A stretch of 64,000 nucleotides of DNA. Origin: an uncultured Holosporaceae bacterium (GTDB taxonomy: Bacteria; Pseudomonadota; Alphaproteobacteria; UBA3830; CASESI01). The notes beneath the pieces are model-generated. The model saw only the letters and a program-made list of their open reading frames with translations, was not told the DNA's origin and ran no database searches. A program made the translations under genes and the position numbers. Positions 47,847-56,341 of the stretch are shown here, piece after piece (the first letter of the stretch is position 1; the number at the start of each line of letters is the position of its first letter). The stretch is from the NCBI GenBank assembly GCA_949290705.1, contig CASESI010000022.1, positions 122,529 to 186,528 on the forward strand, in the 5' to 3' direction.

Positions 47847-48080
47847 ATGTCAAAGAGTGATATGCTTGAATTTGAGGGGATCGTTGAGGAAGTGCTCCCA
47901 AATTCTATGTTTCGTGTACGATTGAAATTGAGCAATGATAAGGAAGGAAAGTTGATTCTTGCACATTCTTCCGGAAAAATGATGAAGAATAGAATAAAGG
48001 TTATTACGGGCGATACTGTCACTGTCGAGATGACCCCTTATGACCTTACGAAAGGACGAATCACTTTCAGAAAGCAATAA
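47847..48080 (+). CDS. infA: Translation initiation factor IF-1
   Basis: 77 aa with an S1-like fold ([20 protein letters not shown]...[37 protein letters not shown]). It carries a ~5-aa insertion (LSNDKEGK region) relative to the E. coli sequence as I remember it. Confidence 0.9.
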   Translation: MSKSDMLEFEGIVEEVLPNSMFRVRLKLSNDKEGKLILAHSSGKMMKNRIKVITGDTVTVEMTPYDLTKGRITFRKQ

Positions 48081-48083
48081 TTT

Positions 48084-48722
48084 ATGTACCTTAAAAAGTT
48101 TTTTCAGTTAATTCTTTTTTTTATTGGTAGCTCTCTTTGTGCAGATGTGCGTACTATCACTGCGGATTGTGCCGTGTTGGACGACAAACTTCACACATTA
48201 CGATTTAACGGACATGTCACATCCAAAAATAATGATTTATTTTTCACGGCTGACACTGCGGAGGTAAAGTACGGCAACAAATTTAACTCCCTGGATTCTG
48301 CTCATCTTCATGGTAATATTTGCCTAAAATTTCATGACTCAAAAATTACATCGGAACACGCTGATTTTAACGGCTGTACGCTTGAATTTTCTGTTGACAC
48401 ATTTCATTTTGATCAGAAAAAATTCTGTCTTTTCATAAACAAGGATCTAAGAATGATTGCACGGGAATTTATTGCGATCATGTCACAAAAATATGTTACG
48501 AAAATAATTGCGAAAGGCTATGTTTATATTCTGCATAACAATTCTATCATCAAGGCTGACTCGGCTGAATTCAACAGAGACGAGAATTCTATAATTTTTC
48601 GTGGCAATGTCGCAATCCTGGATTCCCAAAAAAATTGTGTGAAATGTAATTTCTGCAAAATTAATCTTCGCGAGAAAAAATACTACATTTCTGGTAGAAT
48701 TAGAGGGGATATAACGTTATGA
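48084..48722 (+). CDS. lptA: LptA/OstA-like periplasmic LPS transport protein
   Basis: 212 aa with a signal peptide. OstA-like repeated beta pattern is visible (ITADCAVLDD...LRFNGHVT...FTADTAEV; IKADSAEFNRDENSIIFRGNV). It lies directly upstream of lptB and overlaps it. Confidence 0.55.
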   Translation: MYLKKFFQLILFFIGSSLCADVRTITADCAVLDDKLHTLRFNGHVTSKNNDLFFTADTAEVKYGNKFNSLDSAHLHGNICLKFHDSKITSEHADFNGCTLEFSVDTFHFDQKKFCLFINKDLRMIAREFIAIMSQKYVTKIIAKGYVYILHNNSIIKADSAEFNRDENSIIFRGNVAILDSQKNCVKCNFCKINLREKKYYISGRIRGDITL

Positions 48723-49456
48723 CCTCTGTACTTGAAATCAGCAATATCACAAAAAGCTTCGGAATAGGGCATTCCAAAAAAACCATTTTGAAGAGCATTT
48801 CTCTATCGATCAATCGTGGTGAAATCGTTGCATTACTTGGTCCGAACGGTGCCGGGAAAACAACTTGCTTTTCAATCATCTGCGGCCTTATTAAACCGGA
48901 CAGTGGAAAGATTCTATTAAACGGCACCGATATCACCAAATTTCCAATGTTCAAAAGGGCAAGACTTGGGATAGGGTACCTTCCGCAAGAAGCCTCCATT
49001 TTCCGTGGCCTTACCGTGAAAGAAAATTTGATGTCCGTCCTTGAATTGCACGAATCATCCCCAGAAGTTGTCGAACAAAGGGCCGAAGCATTAATGAACG
49101 ATTTTGCAATTTCGCATCTTGAAAATTCGTACGCCTCAAAACTCTCTGGGGGAGAGAGACGCCGTGTTGAAATTGCAAGAACGATTGCTTCAAATCCACA
49201 ATTCATTTTGCTCGATGAACCTCTTGCTGGGATTGACCCAATCACAATTCACGAAATGCGCAACATGATTTCTCACTTAAAGGATCGCGGCATTGGTATC
49301 ATTATCACCGACCATAACGTACGTGAAACCCTCTCAATAACAGACACTGCCTATATCATCGCGAATGGCAAGGTGCTTGCAAAGGGAACCGCATCCGAAA
49401 TTATCGGGAACGAGGATGTAAAACGCATTTACCTTGGCGATACATTTGTTGTATAA
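48719..49456 (+). CDS. lptB: LPS export ABC transporter ATPase LptB
   Basis: 245 aa. Motifs are Walker A GPNGAGKTT, Q-loop YLPQEASIF, signature LSGGERRRVEIAR and Walker B ILLDEPLAGIDP. Confidence 0.9.
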   Translation: MTSVLEISNITKSFGIGHSKKTILKSISLSINRGEIVALLGPNGAGKTTCFSIICGLIKPDSGKILLNGTDITKFPMFKRARLGIGYLPQEASIFRGLTVKENLMSVLELHESSPEVVEQRAEALMNDFAISHLENSYASKLSGGERRRVEIARTIASNPQFILLDEPLAGIDPITIHEMRNMISHLKDRGIGIIITDHNVRETLSITDTAYIIANGKVLAKGTASEIIGNEDVKRIYLGDTFVV

Positions 49457-49495
49457 GTTAACCAAAAATTAACTTTTCTTTGCTAGAATAATATC

Positions 49496-49933
49496 ATGAA
49501 GCACAAATGTTTGTTGTTTTTCATATGTTTCACTTCTATTATGATCTTTCTCGATATTCGTGCTTCTTATTTTTCTTTTCGAAACAATAGCTGCCCGAAT
49601 TATAACCAATATACCAAAGACCACTTTTACGAGGAAATGGTTGAGTATTCGAAAAAGGTTGAGAAGCAAAACGCTGCTCATAACGAAATGGCATTTGCAA
49701 TGCGGCGGAATAACAACTATGCCTTGATGTTACAAAACTCCATCTCGTCGGCTGCGCACTTTTCAGTTTTATACCAAGCGATAAAAGCCATTTTTCGCAG
49801 GCCTCAAACAAAAACCCCTAATAACCGGCTTTTGTTTTCGAGTATTTTTGATATTACCCAATTTTATGGCCAACAATTACGACAAAGGTTCCACGAGTAT
49901 AAATCCCCAAACGAACCAGAATCTTCGCATTAG
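49496..49933 (+). CDS. Hypothetical protein with N-terminal hydrophobic segment
   Basis: 145 aa beginning MKHKCLLFFICFTSIMIFL. I recognise no family. It occupies the slot after lptB where rpoN usually sits. Confidence 0.3.
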   Translation: MKHKCLLFFICFTSIMIFLDIRASYFSFRNNSCPNYNQYTKDHFYEEMVEYSKKVEKQNAAHNEMAFAMRRNNNYALMLQNSISSAAHFSVLYQAIKAIFRRPQTKTPNNRLLFSSIFDITQFYGQQLRQRFHEYKSPNEPESSH

Positions 49934-51312
49934 TACCCGGTTAAAATTCGATCAACCAATTGTTGTACTGTTGGAATATTCCCGTCTAGATAGAAAGGGT
50001 CCTCCGCAAACCTATATGCGTTGCTTCCAACAAACATCAAGCTGTCGTCCAAATCCTTACCCTGCGCAACATTTTGCAAAGATTGTTGAATACAGAAACT
50101 CCTTGGATCAGGATCAAAGTAATCAATCCCTTTTTGGTTCCAATTGCTGAATTTACAGTAACTTAAACACCCGACACAGCTTCCTTGATCTTTCAAAATC
50201 TGCTGTCCTTCTTCAGGGGTCACAAGAACCAAGGTGTGATCAGGGGTTTTCATAAACTTTGAAAATCCATCCGCAACAAAACCAAGGATTGCAGACTCAT
50301 CAGATTTCTTGAAAAACAAGGACCGATTCCCGAAATTAATCTTCGTATCAAAATCCTCATTCTTCTCGTCACTGTATGCGAATTCCCGAGAAAGCCTTGC
50401 ATTCAGACGTTTCAACAAATTATTGTTGATCGCTGAGGAATACATCCCGGTAGGACTGAATTTATTTTTCAGTATGTCCTCTTTCCGCAAATTCAAGAGC
50501 TTAGGACCCCACGAATCCGCAACCGGACTTTCCTTCGTCAGGATAGGGCGCGTCCCAAATTGGAAAGCAACCGCACCAATCTCCGGATTGTTGATGTAAT
50601 CCTGCCATTCTGAAAGCCACCAAACTCCGCCTGCAATGATGATTGGAATGTGTACCAACCCAAAGCTGTTCAGAGTTTTCCGAATCTCCCTTATGCGAAC
50701 ATAAGGACTCTCTGGCTTTGCAGGATCCTCTGCATTCGAGATACCGATATGTCCACCGGCCGTCCATGGATCCTCGTAAACAATTCCGCCTAGGAATTCC
50801 TTGAATTTATTGAACGACCTTTTATAAAGTATCTGTAACGCGCGGGAAGATGAAACAATCGGGTAATAAAAGGCACGATATTTCGTCGCAATCTCCCCAA
50901 GTTTATAAGGGAGGCCAGCTCCGCATGTGATGCCATTCACAAGGCCTTTCACCTTTTCCATCACACATTCAAGAACCCGCTCGACACTCGCCATTTCCCA
51001 CAAGGCATTTATATGTATGCGACCTTTTCCGCAGGATTTTTCGTACGCGATTTTTATTTGTTCTATCGCCCCTTCAATTGAGAGTTTTATAAATTCATCA
51101 TTTCTTTCTGTACGAGATTTTTTTGCAAATTCAGGTCCAAAAACATTACATTTATTGAAAACATCTGCATTTACAACCGATACAGTCCCAACAGCACCAG
51201 CGGCAGCAAATGCACCACTTGTAAGGCCGGTTGAAATTGAAACACCCTTTCCACCTTCAACGATAGGTAAAACCTCTCTCCCTGAAATTGAAACTGAACT
51301 TAAATCTAACAT
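49930..51312 (-). CDS. Nitronate monooxygenase / 2-nitropropane dioxygenase-like FMN oxidoreductase (long form)
   Basis: 460 aa. It shows TIM-barrel FMN-oxidoreductase patterns (PIVEGGKGVSISTGLTSGAFAAAGAVGT, ITCGAGLP, IIAGGVWW). The substrate cannot be inferred. Confidence 0.65.
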   Translation of the reverse strand: MLDLSSVSISGREVLPIVEGGKGVSISTGLTSGAFAAAGAVGTVSVVNADVFNKCNVFGPEFAKKSRTERNDEFIKLSIEGAIEQIKIAYEKSCGKGRIHINALWEMASVERVLECVMEKVKGLVNGITCGAGLPYKLGEIATKYRAFYYPIVSSSRALQILYKRSFNKFKEFLGGIVYEDPWTAGGHIGISNAEDPAKPESPYVRIREIRKTLNSFGLVHIPIIIAGGVWWLSEWQDYINNPEIGAVAFQFGTRPILTKESPVADSWGPKLLNLRKEDILKNKFSPTGMYSSAINNNLLKRLNARLSREFAYSDEKNEDFDTKINFGNRSLFFKKSDESAILGFVADGFSKFMKTPDHTLVLVTPEEGQQILKDQGSCVGCLSYCKFSNWNQKGIDYFDPDPRSFCIQQSLQNVAQGKDLDDSLMFVGSNAYRFAEDPFYLDGNIPTVQQLVDRILTGY

Positions 51313-51380
51313 TACAAAAATTAAACAATATACAGCTGGGTATTATATCAATAAAAAAGAATTTATAAAATATAAATCAA

Positions 51381-51848
51381 CTATTTACCTTGAGAATTAA
51401 ATCTGCCGTTTGCTTTAATCGGAGTACTCTGCGCTTTTATGCTAAAACCAAATCTATTACATCGGGCCAAGACCCGTCGACGCTCTTGGTAATTAGGAGC
51501 AACAGTTGGGTACGTTTTTGGCAATCCCCACTTCTTGAAATATTCTTCAACAGTCATATTGCAAGCCGTGCGCAAATGCCGTTTCAGCATCTTCAACTTT
51601 TTCCCATCTTCAAGGCAGACAATATAATCATCGTGCACTGAATCCTCGATCGGAACAGCTGGTACATTTAGTGTCTTGCCGTAATCGAGCAAAATGCTAC
51701 TACCCTTTTGTTCGATCGCATTTTTCAAGGAATGCATCACCGAACTGATGAGTCCAGGAATCTTCTCTGGAGTCGTACTTGTCGTTTGCAAGTGAGCAAC
51801 AACAATATTTGCAGCTATTTCTAGTAGCCTGATTTGTTCTTCCGTCAT
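51381..51848 (-). CDS. mucR: MucR/Ros family zinc-finger transcriptional regulator
   Basis: 155 aa. The Ros/MucR core reads DDYIVCLEDGKKLKMLKRHLRTACNMTVEEYFKKWGLPKTYPTVAPNYQERR. Confidence 0.85.
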   Translation of the reverse strand: MTEEQIRLLEIAANIVVAHLQTTSTTPEKIPGLISSVMHSLKNAIEQKGSSILLDYGKTLNVPAVPIEDSVHDDYIVCLEDGKKLKMLKRHLRTACNMTVEEYFKKWGLPKTYPTVAPNYQERRRVLARCNRFGFSIKAQSTPIKANGRFNSQGK

Positions 51849-51969
51849 ATAAACCGTCCTTATTACGCGATAATTATCCTTTTAACAACCTATGGTCGCG
51901 ATACTACTATATTATTTCAATTCGCGTTAGTCAAGAATAAAAAATATAAAACTATTCTCAATATATGTA

Positions 51970-53031
51970 CTACTTGATATTTAACACTTTTCGTACAATT
52001 TCGGCTACTGCTGCATATTCATTTTCAGGTATTTCGTCACCAACATTCGTATTACTATATAAACTTCTAGCCAACGGTTTATTTTCAAAGATCGGAATAT
52101 TGTTTTCTTTTGCTACAGACTTAATCGCCTGAGCCATAAAATCAGCCCCCTTCGCGACCACAATAGGGGCGGTCGTTTGTTCGAGTGTGTATTTCAATGC
52201 AACTGCAAAGTGTGTAGGGTTCGTCACAACAAAGGTAGCATCCTTCACCGCAGGAGCCACCCTGTTTTTCGAGCGCTCCATTCGGATCTGACGCAACTTT
52301 GCCTTAACATGAGGATCTACCTCACTTTCCTTTTGTTCATCCACTATTTCCTTGTGGCTCATTTTCATTTCTTTCAAGAACATAAACCTTTTCAGGAAAA
52401 AGTCAATCAGCGCAAACAACATTATAATTATCGCAAAAATAAATAAAATTGTTGTAATCACATCGCGAGCTTCCTCCATCTGACCATAAAGGTCAAGGGT
52501 TATATATTTATCAATTTTCAAAATATATTTTTTCAAAATGAAATACGAAACAATCATAAAGATCGTCGTTTTCAAAATGTTCTTTACAAACTCGATCAAC
52601 GCCTTTAAAGAGAAAATTTTCTTGATTCCCTTCATAGGAGAAATATTCGAAAACTTCATCTTTAATTTCTCTGCTGCGAAATTCCACTTGGTCTGGGATA
52701 AAGTTCCCACAACTGAGGAGAAGCTGAGTAAAAAAAATACAGCAATTGATAATAAAAAAATCTCCTTAAACAAATAAAATGCCAAGTCTTTCACAGTGTC
52801 AACTGTGAGTGGAAATTCCCCACAATTAACAATAAATGGCCGTAGTTTCAGAAAAATATTCCGAAACAAAACCACGATCGACAGAAACAAAAGATTGTAC
52901 CCGATAATCGTCAAGAACGTATTGAAATCATTCGAAAGAGGGACGTTACCTTTCTCCCTTGCCTTACGAAGTTTCTGCTCTGACGCCTCGTACGCCTTTT
53001 CGCCACTGTCCTGATCTTGGTCTTCCGCCAT
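51970..53031 (-). CDS. flhB: Flagellar export switch protein FlhB
   Basis: 353 aa. It has an N-terminal EKAYEASEQKLRKAREKGNVP, four TMs and the NPTH autocleavage site (VVTNPTHFAVAL). Confidence 0.9.
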   Translation of the reverse strand: MAEDQDQDSGEKAYEASEQKLRKAREKGNVPLSNDFNTFLTIIGYNLLFLSIVVLFRNIFLKLRPFIVNCGEFPLTVDTVKDLAFYLFKEIFLLSIAVFFLLSFSSVVGTLSQTKWNFAAEKLKMKFSNISPMKGIKKIFSLKALIEFVKNILKTTIFMIVSYFILKKYILKIDKYITLDLYGQMEEARDVITTILFIFAIIIMLFALIDFFLKRFMFLKEMKMSHKEIVDEQKESEVDPHVKAKLRQIRMERSKNRVAPAVKDATFVVTNPTHFAVALKYTLEQTTAPIVVAKGADFMAQAIKSVAKENNIPIFENKPLARSLYSNTNVGDEIPENEYAAVAEIVRKVLNIK

Positions 53032-53042
53032 TTATCCCCTCT

Positions 53043-53777
53043 TCACATTAAATTCACAATGGAATTTTTTAAATAATCCATATAAAGATGTAAAATCGAA
53101 TTCAGTGTCACAGTGATCACCAAAAACGCAATTAATATCTGCACCGGGTGCATGATAAAAAATAGCTGGGTCTGAGGGGTAAATTTATTCGTAAGCCCAA
53201 CCGCAACCAAAACCGCAATCTGCGCGGTAACAAACGGGAAAGCCATAACCACTCCGAAACGTAATGTCTGGTCCAGGACTCCGGCCAGTAGGGTCAACAG
53301 ATCTCCTCCGGCGAAAAAATTCATTCTATTATAGGTTGCAATTAACATCTTTATAAACAAAATATCGAAGTCCAAGATGAAAAACAACAAACTCCCGGTT
53401 AAGTTGAAAATCATCGTATAAATCGGCGCCTGTTCATGAAAGATCGCGCTAAAAAATGACGCAAATGAAAGCCCACTTTGGGTTGCAATCATGGTACCGC
53501 ACACCTCTAACGCGACCGAAAAAAACTTAACCAACAGCCCTGCAAACACACCGATCACCGCCTCTCGCCACAAATCCATAAACGTGAAAGTTGAAATATT
53601 TAATTTTTCAATCACCAATGGATACACGATCAAGGCCAAAAACACCGCGACATACAATCGCACTCTGCCCGAAATCGAATTTTCTCCAAACCCGATCGAG
53701 CAAGTAAGGGCTGCGAAAAACCTGGTAAACACCAGGAAAAAAGCCGTTAAGTCATTATAATCAACCGTAAATTTCAT
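53043..53777 (-). CDS. fliR: Flagellar export apparatus protein FliR
   Basis: 244 aa polytopic membrane protein. It lies between fliQ and flhB and overlaps fliQ by 4 nt. Confidence 0.85.
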   Translation of the reverse strand: MKFTVDYNDLTAFFLVFTRFFAALTCSIGFGENSISGRVRLYVAVFLALIVYPLVIEKLNISTFTFMDLWREAVIGVFAGLLVKFFSVALEVCGTMIATQSGLSFASFFSAIFHEQAPIYTMIFNLTGSLLFFILDFDILFIKMLIATYNRMNFFAGGDLLTLLAGVLDQTLRFGVVMAFPFVTAQIAVLVAVGLTNKFTPQTQLFFIMHPVQILIAFLVITVTLNSILHLYMDYLKNSIVNLM

Positions 53778-54061
53778 GGTAAATGCACAATTTTATCCAT
53801 CACCATGTGCGTGAAAGTTGAAAAATTGTGCCCTATATACGGCGCGAAAATTATCAACCCCACAATCATGGCGATAATTTTTGGAGCGAACGAAAGTGTA
53901 GATTCCTGAATTTGCGTCAACGCCTGGAAAATCGCGATCACCAACCCAGTGACCAGCACAACACTTAAGAGCGGCGTGATGACCTTCAAAATCAGGAACA
54001 TCATGTCGCGCACTATATCAAACACTTCCAATTCGCTCATACTCTTAATTTTCGCAAACAA
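53774..54061 (-). CDS. fliQ: Flagellar export apparatus protein FliQ
   Basis: It has two TMs, with ITPLLSVVLVTGLVIAIFQALTQIQESTLSFAPKIIA matching the FliQ core. The track ORF opens at a TTG (54061). An ATG at 54040 (MSELEV...) would give the usual 88 aa. Confidence 0.85.
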   Translation of the reverse strand: MFAKIKSMSELEVFDIVRDMMFLILKVITPLLSVVLVTGLVIAIFQALTQIQESTLSFAPKIIAMIVGLIIFAPYIGHNFSTFTHMVMDKIVHLP

Positions 54062-54064
54062 TCC

Positions 54065-54080
54065 GTTAATTTTAAGTTAA
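54065..54080 (-). promoter_or_regulatory. CtrA-box-like motif TTAA-N7-TTAAC immediately upstream of fliQ
   Basis: The minus strand reads TTAACTTAAAATTAAC (complement of 54065-54080). It lies 4 nt upstream of the TTG start and 25 nt upstream of the alternative ATG. AT-rich context raises the chance-match rate. Confidence 0.3.
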
Positions 54081-54171
54081 TTTTTTCTTAATTTTTTTCA
54101 AAAAGTGCATTGTGTTTTAATAAAACTTATCTAAAATTTCCATTTCTTTAACGTGATCCGCGAAATTCTTG

Positions 54172-54200
54172 TTGTCCCAAAGGACATTTTTTGTTATAAT
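54172..54200 (+). promoter_or_regulatory. Candidate sigma-70 promoter for tRNA-Arg (TTGTCC-17 nt-TATAAT)
   Basis: The -35-like TTGTCC is at 54172-54177 and a perfect -10 TATAAT is at 54195-54200. The tRNA begins 14 nt downstream. Confidence 0.35.
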
Positions 54201-54213
54201 ATAATTGTGTTGT

Positions 54214-54290
54214 GCGGTCGTAGCTCAGCTGGACAGAGCACTGGATTCCTAATCCCGGTGTCGCAGGTTCGAATCCTGCCGATCGCGCCA
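54214..54290 (+). tRNA. tRNA-Arg (anticodon CCU)
   Basis: The fold reads GCGGTCG TA GCTC AGCTGGACA GAGC A CTGGA TTCCTAA TCCCG GTGTC GCAGG TTCGAAT CCTGC CGATCGC G CCA. Confidence 0.9.
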
Positions 54291-54953
54291 CCGCTTGTAT
54301 CGTTTTTTGAACTTTGGAATTTTTTTCCTATACTGTTTCGTGGTTTTTTTGTACCGGTTTTTCTTTGGTTGTTGCTGCTTTTGCGGAGGTTTTTTGGGCT
54401 TTGCCGGCTCCTTTTTTGGCTCATTTTCTGATGCCTTTTCATGAGCCTGTTGTTCAACCTCTGGTTGTATACGGCAAAACTTTTTGTGCACAATATCCGC
54501 CAGTTTCAGCAGCTCCGCCGGGGATAACCCACGCACGAAAGCCGCGACACTCTGCGGTTCTTCCGCCTCCGCATCCGAATGTTTCAAAATCAACTCCTTC
54601 GCTTTTAGCGCGATATTCAACTGACCATTGTCAACCGCCATCTGGTAAATCTCCTCGAAATCCGCCAGGTCCGCACCATAATTTGCGTGACGCGTCACGG
54701 TGTTATTTGTGGGGGAATTTCCCGCACAGGTTGAGGAGAGATCCTCCGCCAGACTCTCCGAGTGATTTGTGGGACGAGTTCCCGGACGATCGTCCGTATG
54801 GCCCACGGGACGGGGGTTCGAACAACCCGAATGATGCGGCGCCACATAATTCGAATGGCGGAAATTTTTATGATAAAAATGGTCAGGCTTCATATAATTT
54901 GCATGCCTGAGTTTTGTATAATTTGAATTAAATTTTCCTTTAATATATGTCAT
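54249..54953 (-). CDS. Hypothetical protein: His-rich HxNY-repeat N-terminus, helical middle, Lys-rich tail (last gene of orphan operon)
   Basis: 234 aa from a GC-rich (~53-58%) segment. Repeats are RHANYMKPDHFYHKNFRHSNY and TRHANYGADL. The amphipathic core reads DFEEIYQMAVDNGQLNIALKAKELILKH...LSPAELLKLADIVHKKF. The tail reads KKEPAKPKKPPQKQQQPKKNRYKKTTKQYRKKIPKFKKRYKRW. The last ~14 codons are antisense to tRNA-Arg, so the true 3' end is uncertain. Confidence 0.4.
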   Translation of the reverse strand: MTYIKGKFNSNYTKLRHANYMKPDHFYHKNFRHSNYVAPHHSGCSNPRPVGHTDDRPGTRPTNHSESLAEDLSSTCAGNSPTNNTVTRHANYGADLADFEEIYQMAVDNGQLNIALKAKELILKHSDAEAEEPQSVAAFVRGLSPAELLKLADIVHKKFCRIQPEVEQQAHEKASENEPKKEPAKPKKPPQKQQQPKKNRYKKTTKQYRKKIPKFKKRYKRWRDRQDSNLRHRD

Positions 54954-54962
54954 TTTTTCACC

Positions 54963-55448
54963 TTATTTATTTAAAAATTTCGTATTATTTTCCTGATTCT
55001 GTGTACCGAAAACCGCAGAAAACGCATCTTTCAAGCATGCTCCGAAAATGCCGGCCACCGATGAAATGATGCTGATCCCCTCGCCGGAAAGCTTGTCGCC
55101 GTTGTAGATCATGAAGAACAGGCAGCCGAGTAGTGCGACCGAAACGAATACAACCATCGCGAGAGATTGGAGGCCACCGGTGCTGCGCGGTGCGGATTCT
55201 GAGACGACGACCTCGGAGTACAAGATCATGTCGAACACCTCGTTTTGAAATTGCATCATCTTGGAAGCATCGGAATTCAGGCATTTCGCCATGTCTGCCG
55301 CCGATTCGCATTTGGTAATTTTACGCAAAATATCGTAAATTTTGCATACATTTTTATTTAAATTTTTTCCTTTTAACAATTTCTGAATCAATGGAACAAA
55401 CTCAGAAACCGTGTAAACTATTGATAATTCTTTCATTTTTTTCTCCAA
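54963..55448 (-). CDS. Hypothetical membrane protein (soluble N-domain + C-terminal two-helix hairpin with small-residue zipper)
   Basis: 161 aa. The TM segments are LQSLAMVVFVSVALLGCLFFMIY and GISIISSVAGIFGACLKDAFSAVFG. It starts 2 nt after the upstream stop. Confidence 0.5.
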   Translation of the reverse strand: MEKKMKELSIVYTVSEFVPLIQKLLKGKNLNKNVCKIYDILRKITKCESAADMAKCLNSDASKMMQFQNEVFDMILYSEVVVSESAPRSTGGLQSLAMVVFVSVALLGCLFFMIYNGDKLSGEGISIISSVAGIFGACLKDAFSAVFGTQNQENNTKFLNK

Positions 55449-55450
55449 TT

Positions 55451-56323
55451 TTAATTTGATTTTAGTTTGAATTTTATACTTATTGCTTCATTATTATTTG
55501 ACAAATAAACAACATCGCAAGATTCATATTCATACAATTTTTCATCGTTATTATTATAATTTTGATTTAAATCATCTTTATATTTTAAATAAATTTTCAG
55601 ACCACCTTGCCGCAAAAAAGCATTCAGATCTGATACATTATGAACATCTATATCCGATTTTTTATAAAAATTTTGTTTGTAATTCGTGTTAAAAACCCTA
55701 GAAAACTTGGTTTTTAGTTCGCTATATTTATAAAACTTTTTATAAACTCTATTATTTTTAATATAAAATTTTACATACATTTGTTCATAATTTGTTTCAT
55801 TTTTGTTACATTTTACACCTCCATAATAAAAAAAATTCTCTCCATTTAAATTAACAACTTGCGTTTTATCTTTAATATCGAAACGACCATTCGATAAAAA
55901 TTTCATTTGAATTTTTGCATTATTATCAAGGCAAGAAAAACAAATTCTCGCTAAAATTTTTTCATTTTTCAACTTACAATTAATTTGATTTTTAATAAAA
56001 AACACATCAAAATCATCAGATATTTTATCGTCTGTACCAAATTTATTGATATTAAGCGCCTTTAAAATCAACATTTTTAAAATTTTATCATGATCATTAT
56101 GCGCGATCGTTGCAATTTGATTATCAACATTTATTTCAAACATAATGTCATTAATATTTTTATGCACCAACAATAAAGAACACGAAATTGTCACATTTTG
56201 CGGGAGAATTTTAGTAATTATATAGTCTTTTTCGACATTTTGCGATAGATATATGTCATTGATATAATCATGCTTTCGCAAAATTTCCTCATAAATTTGT
56301 TGTTTTAGAAAATTGTTTTTCAT
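55451..56323 (-). CDS. Hypothetical protein (290 aa, Asn/Lys/Ile-rich orphan)
   Basis: This is a long open frame in ~22% GC DNA. It is tightly coupled to its neighbours, with an 18-nt gap upstream and a 2-nt gap downstream. I recognise no motif. Confidence 0.5.
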   Translation of the reverse strand: MKNNFLKQQIYEEILRKHDYINDIYLSQNVEKDYIITKILPQNVTISCSLLLVHKNINDIMFEINVDNQIATIAHNDHDKILKMLILKALNINKFGTDDKISDDFDVFFIKNQINCKLKNEKILARICFSCLDNNAKIQMKFLSNGRFDIKDKTQVVNLNGENFFYYGGVKCNKNETNYEQMYVKFYIKNNRVYKKFYKYSELKTKFSRVFNTNYKQNFYKKSDIDVHNVSDLNAFLRQGGLKIYLKYKDDLNQNYNNNDEKLYEYESCDVVYLSNNNEAISIKFKLKSN

Positions 56324-56341
56324 ACTTTCACCTTGCCAAAT

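Noticed and set aside
48700-49245. Minus-strand 181-aa ORF
   Set aside because: It is antisense to lptB, whose ABC ATPase motifs are complete on the + strand.
50309-51400. + strand ORFs (96 and 157 aa) and the minus-strand 88-aa ORF at 50501-50767
   Set aside because: They lie within or antisense to the ~50% GC oxidoreductase gene. High GC suppresses stop codons in the other frames.
54194-55318. Alternative-frame ORFs in the GC-rich patch (54194-54493 minus, 54314-54910 plus, 54985-55311 minus, 55133-55318 plus)
   Set aside because: Their products are Pro/Arg/His-rich junk-like strings, and two of them translate the tRNA-Arg T-arm (DSNLRH). I preferred the frames with amphipathic helices or TM segments and tight operon spacing. 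Because of the GC-rich context, this choice is less certain than elsewhere.
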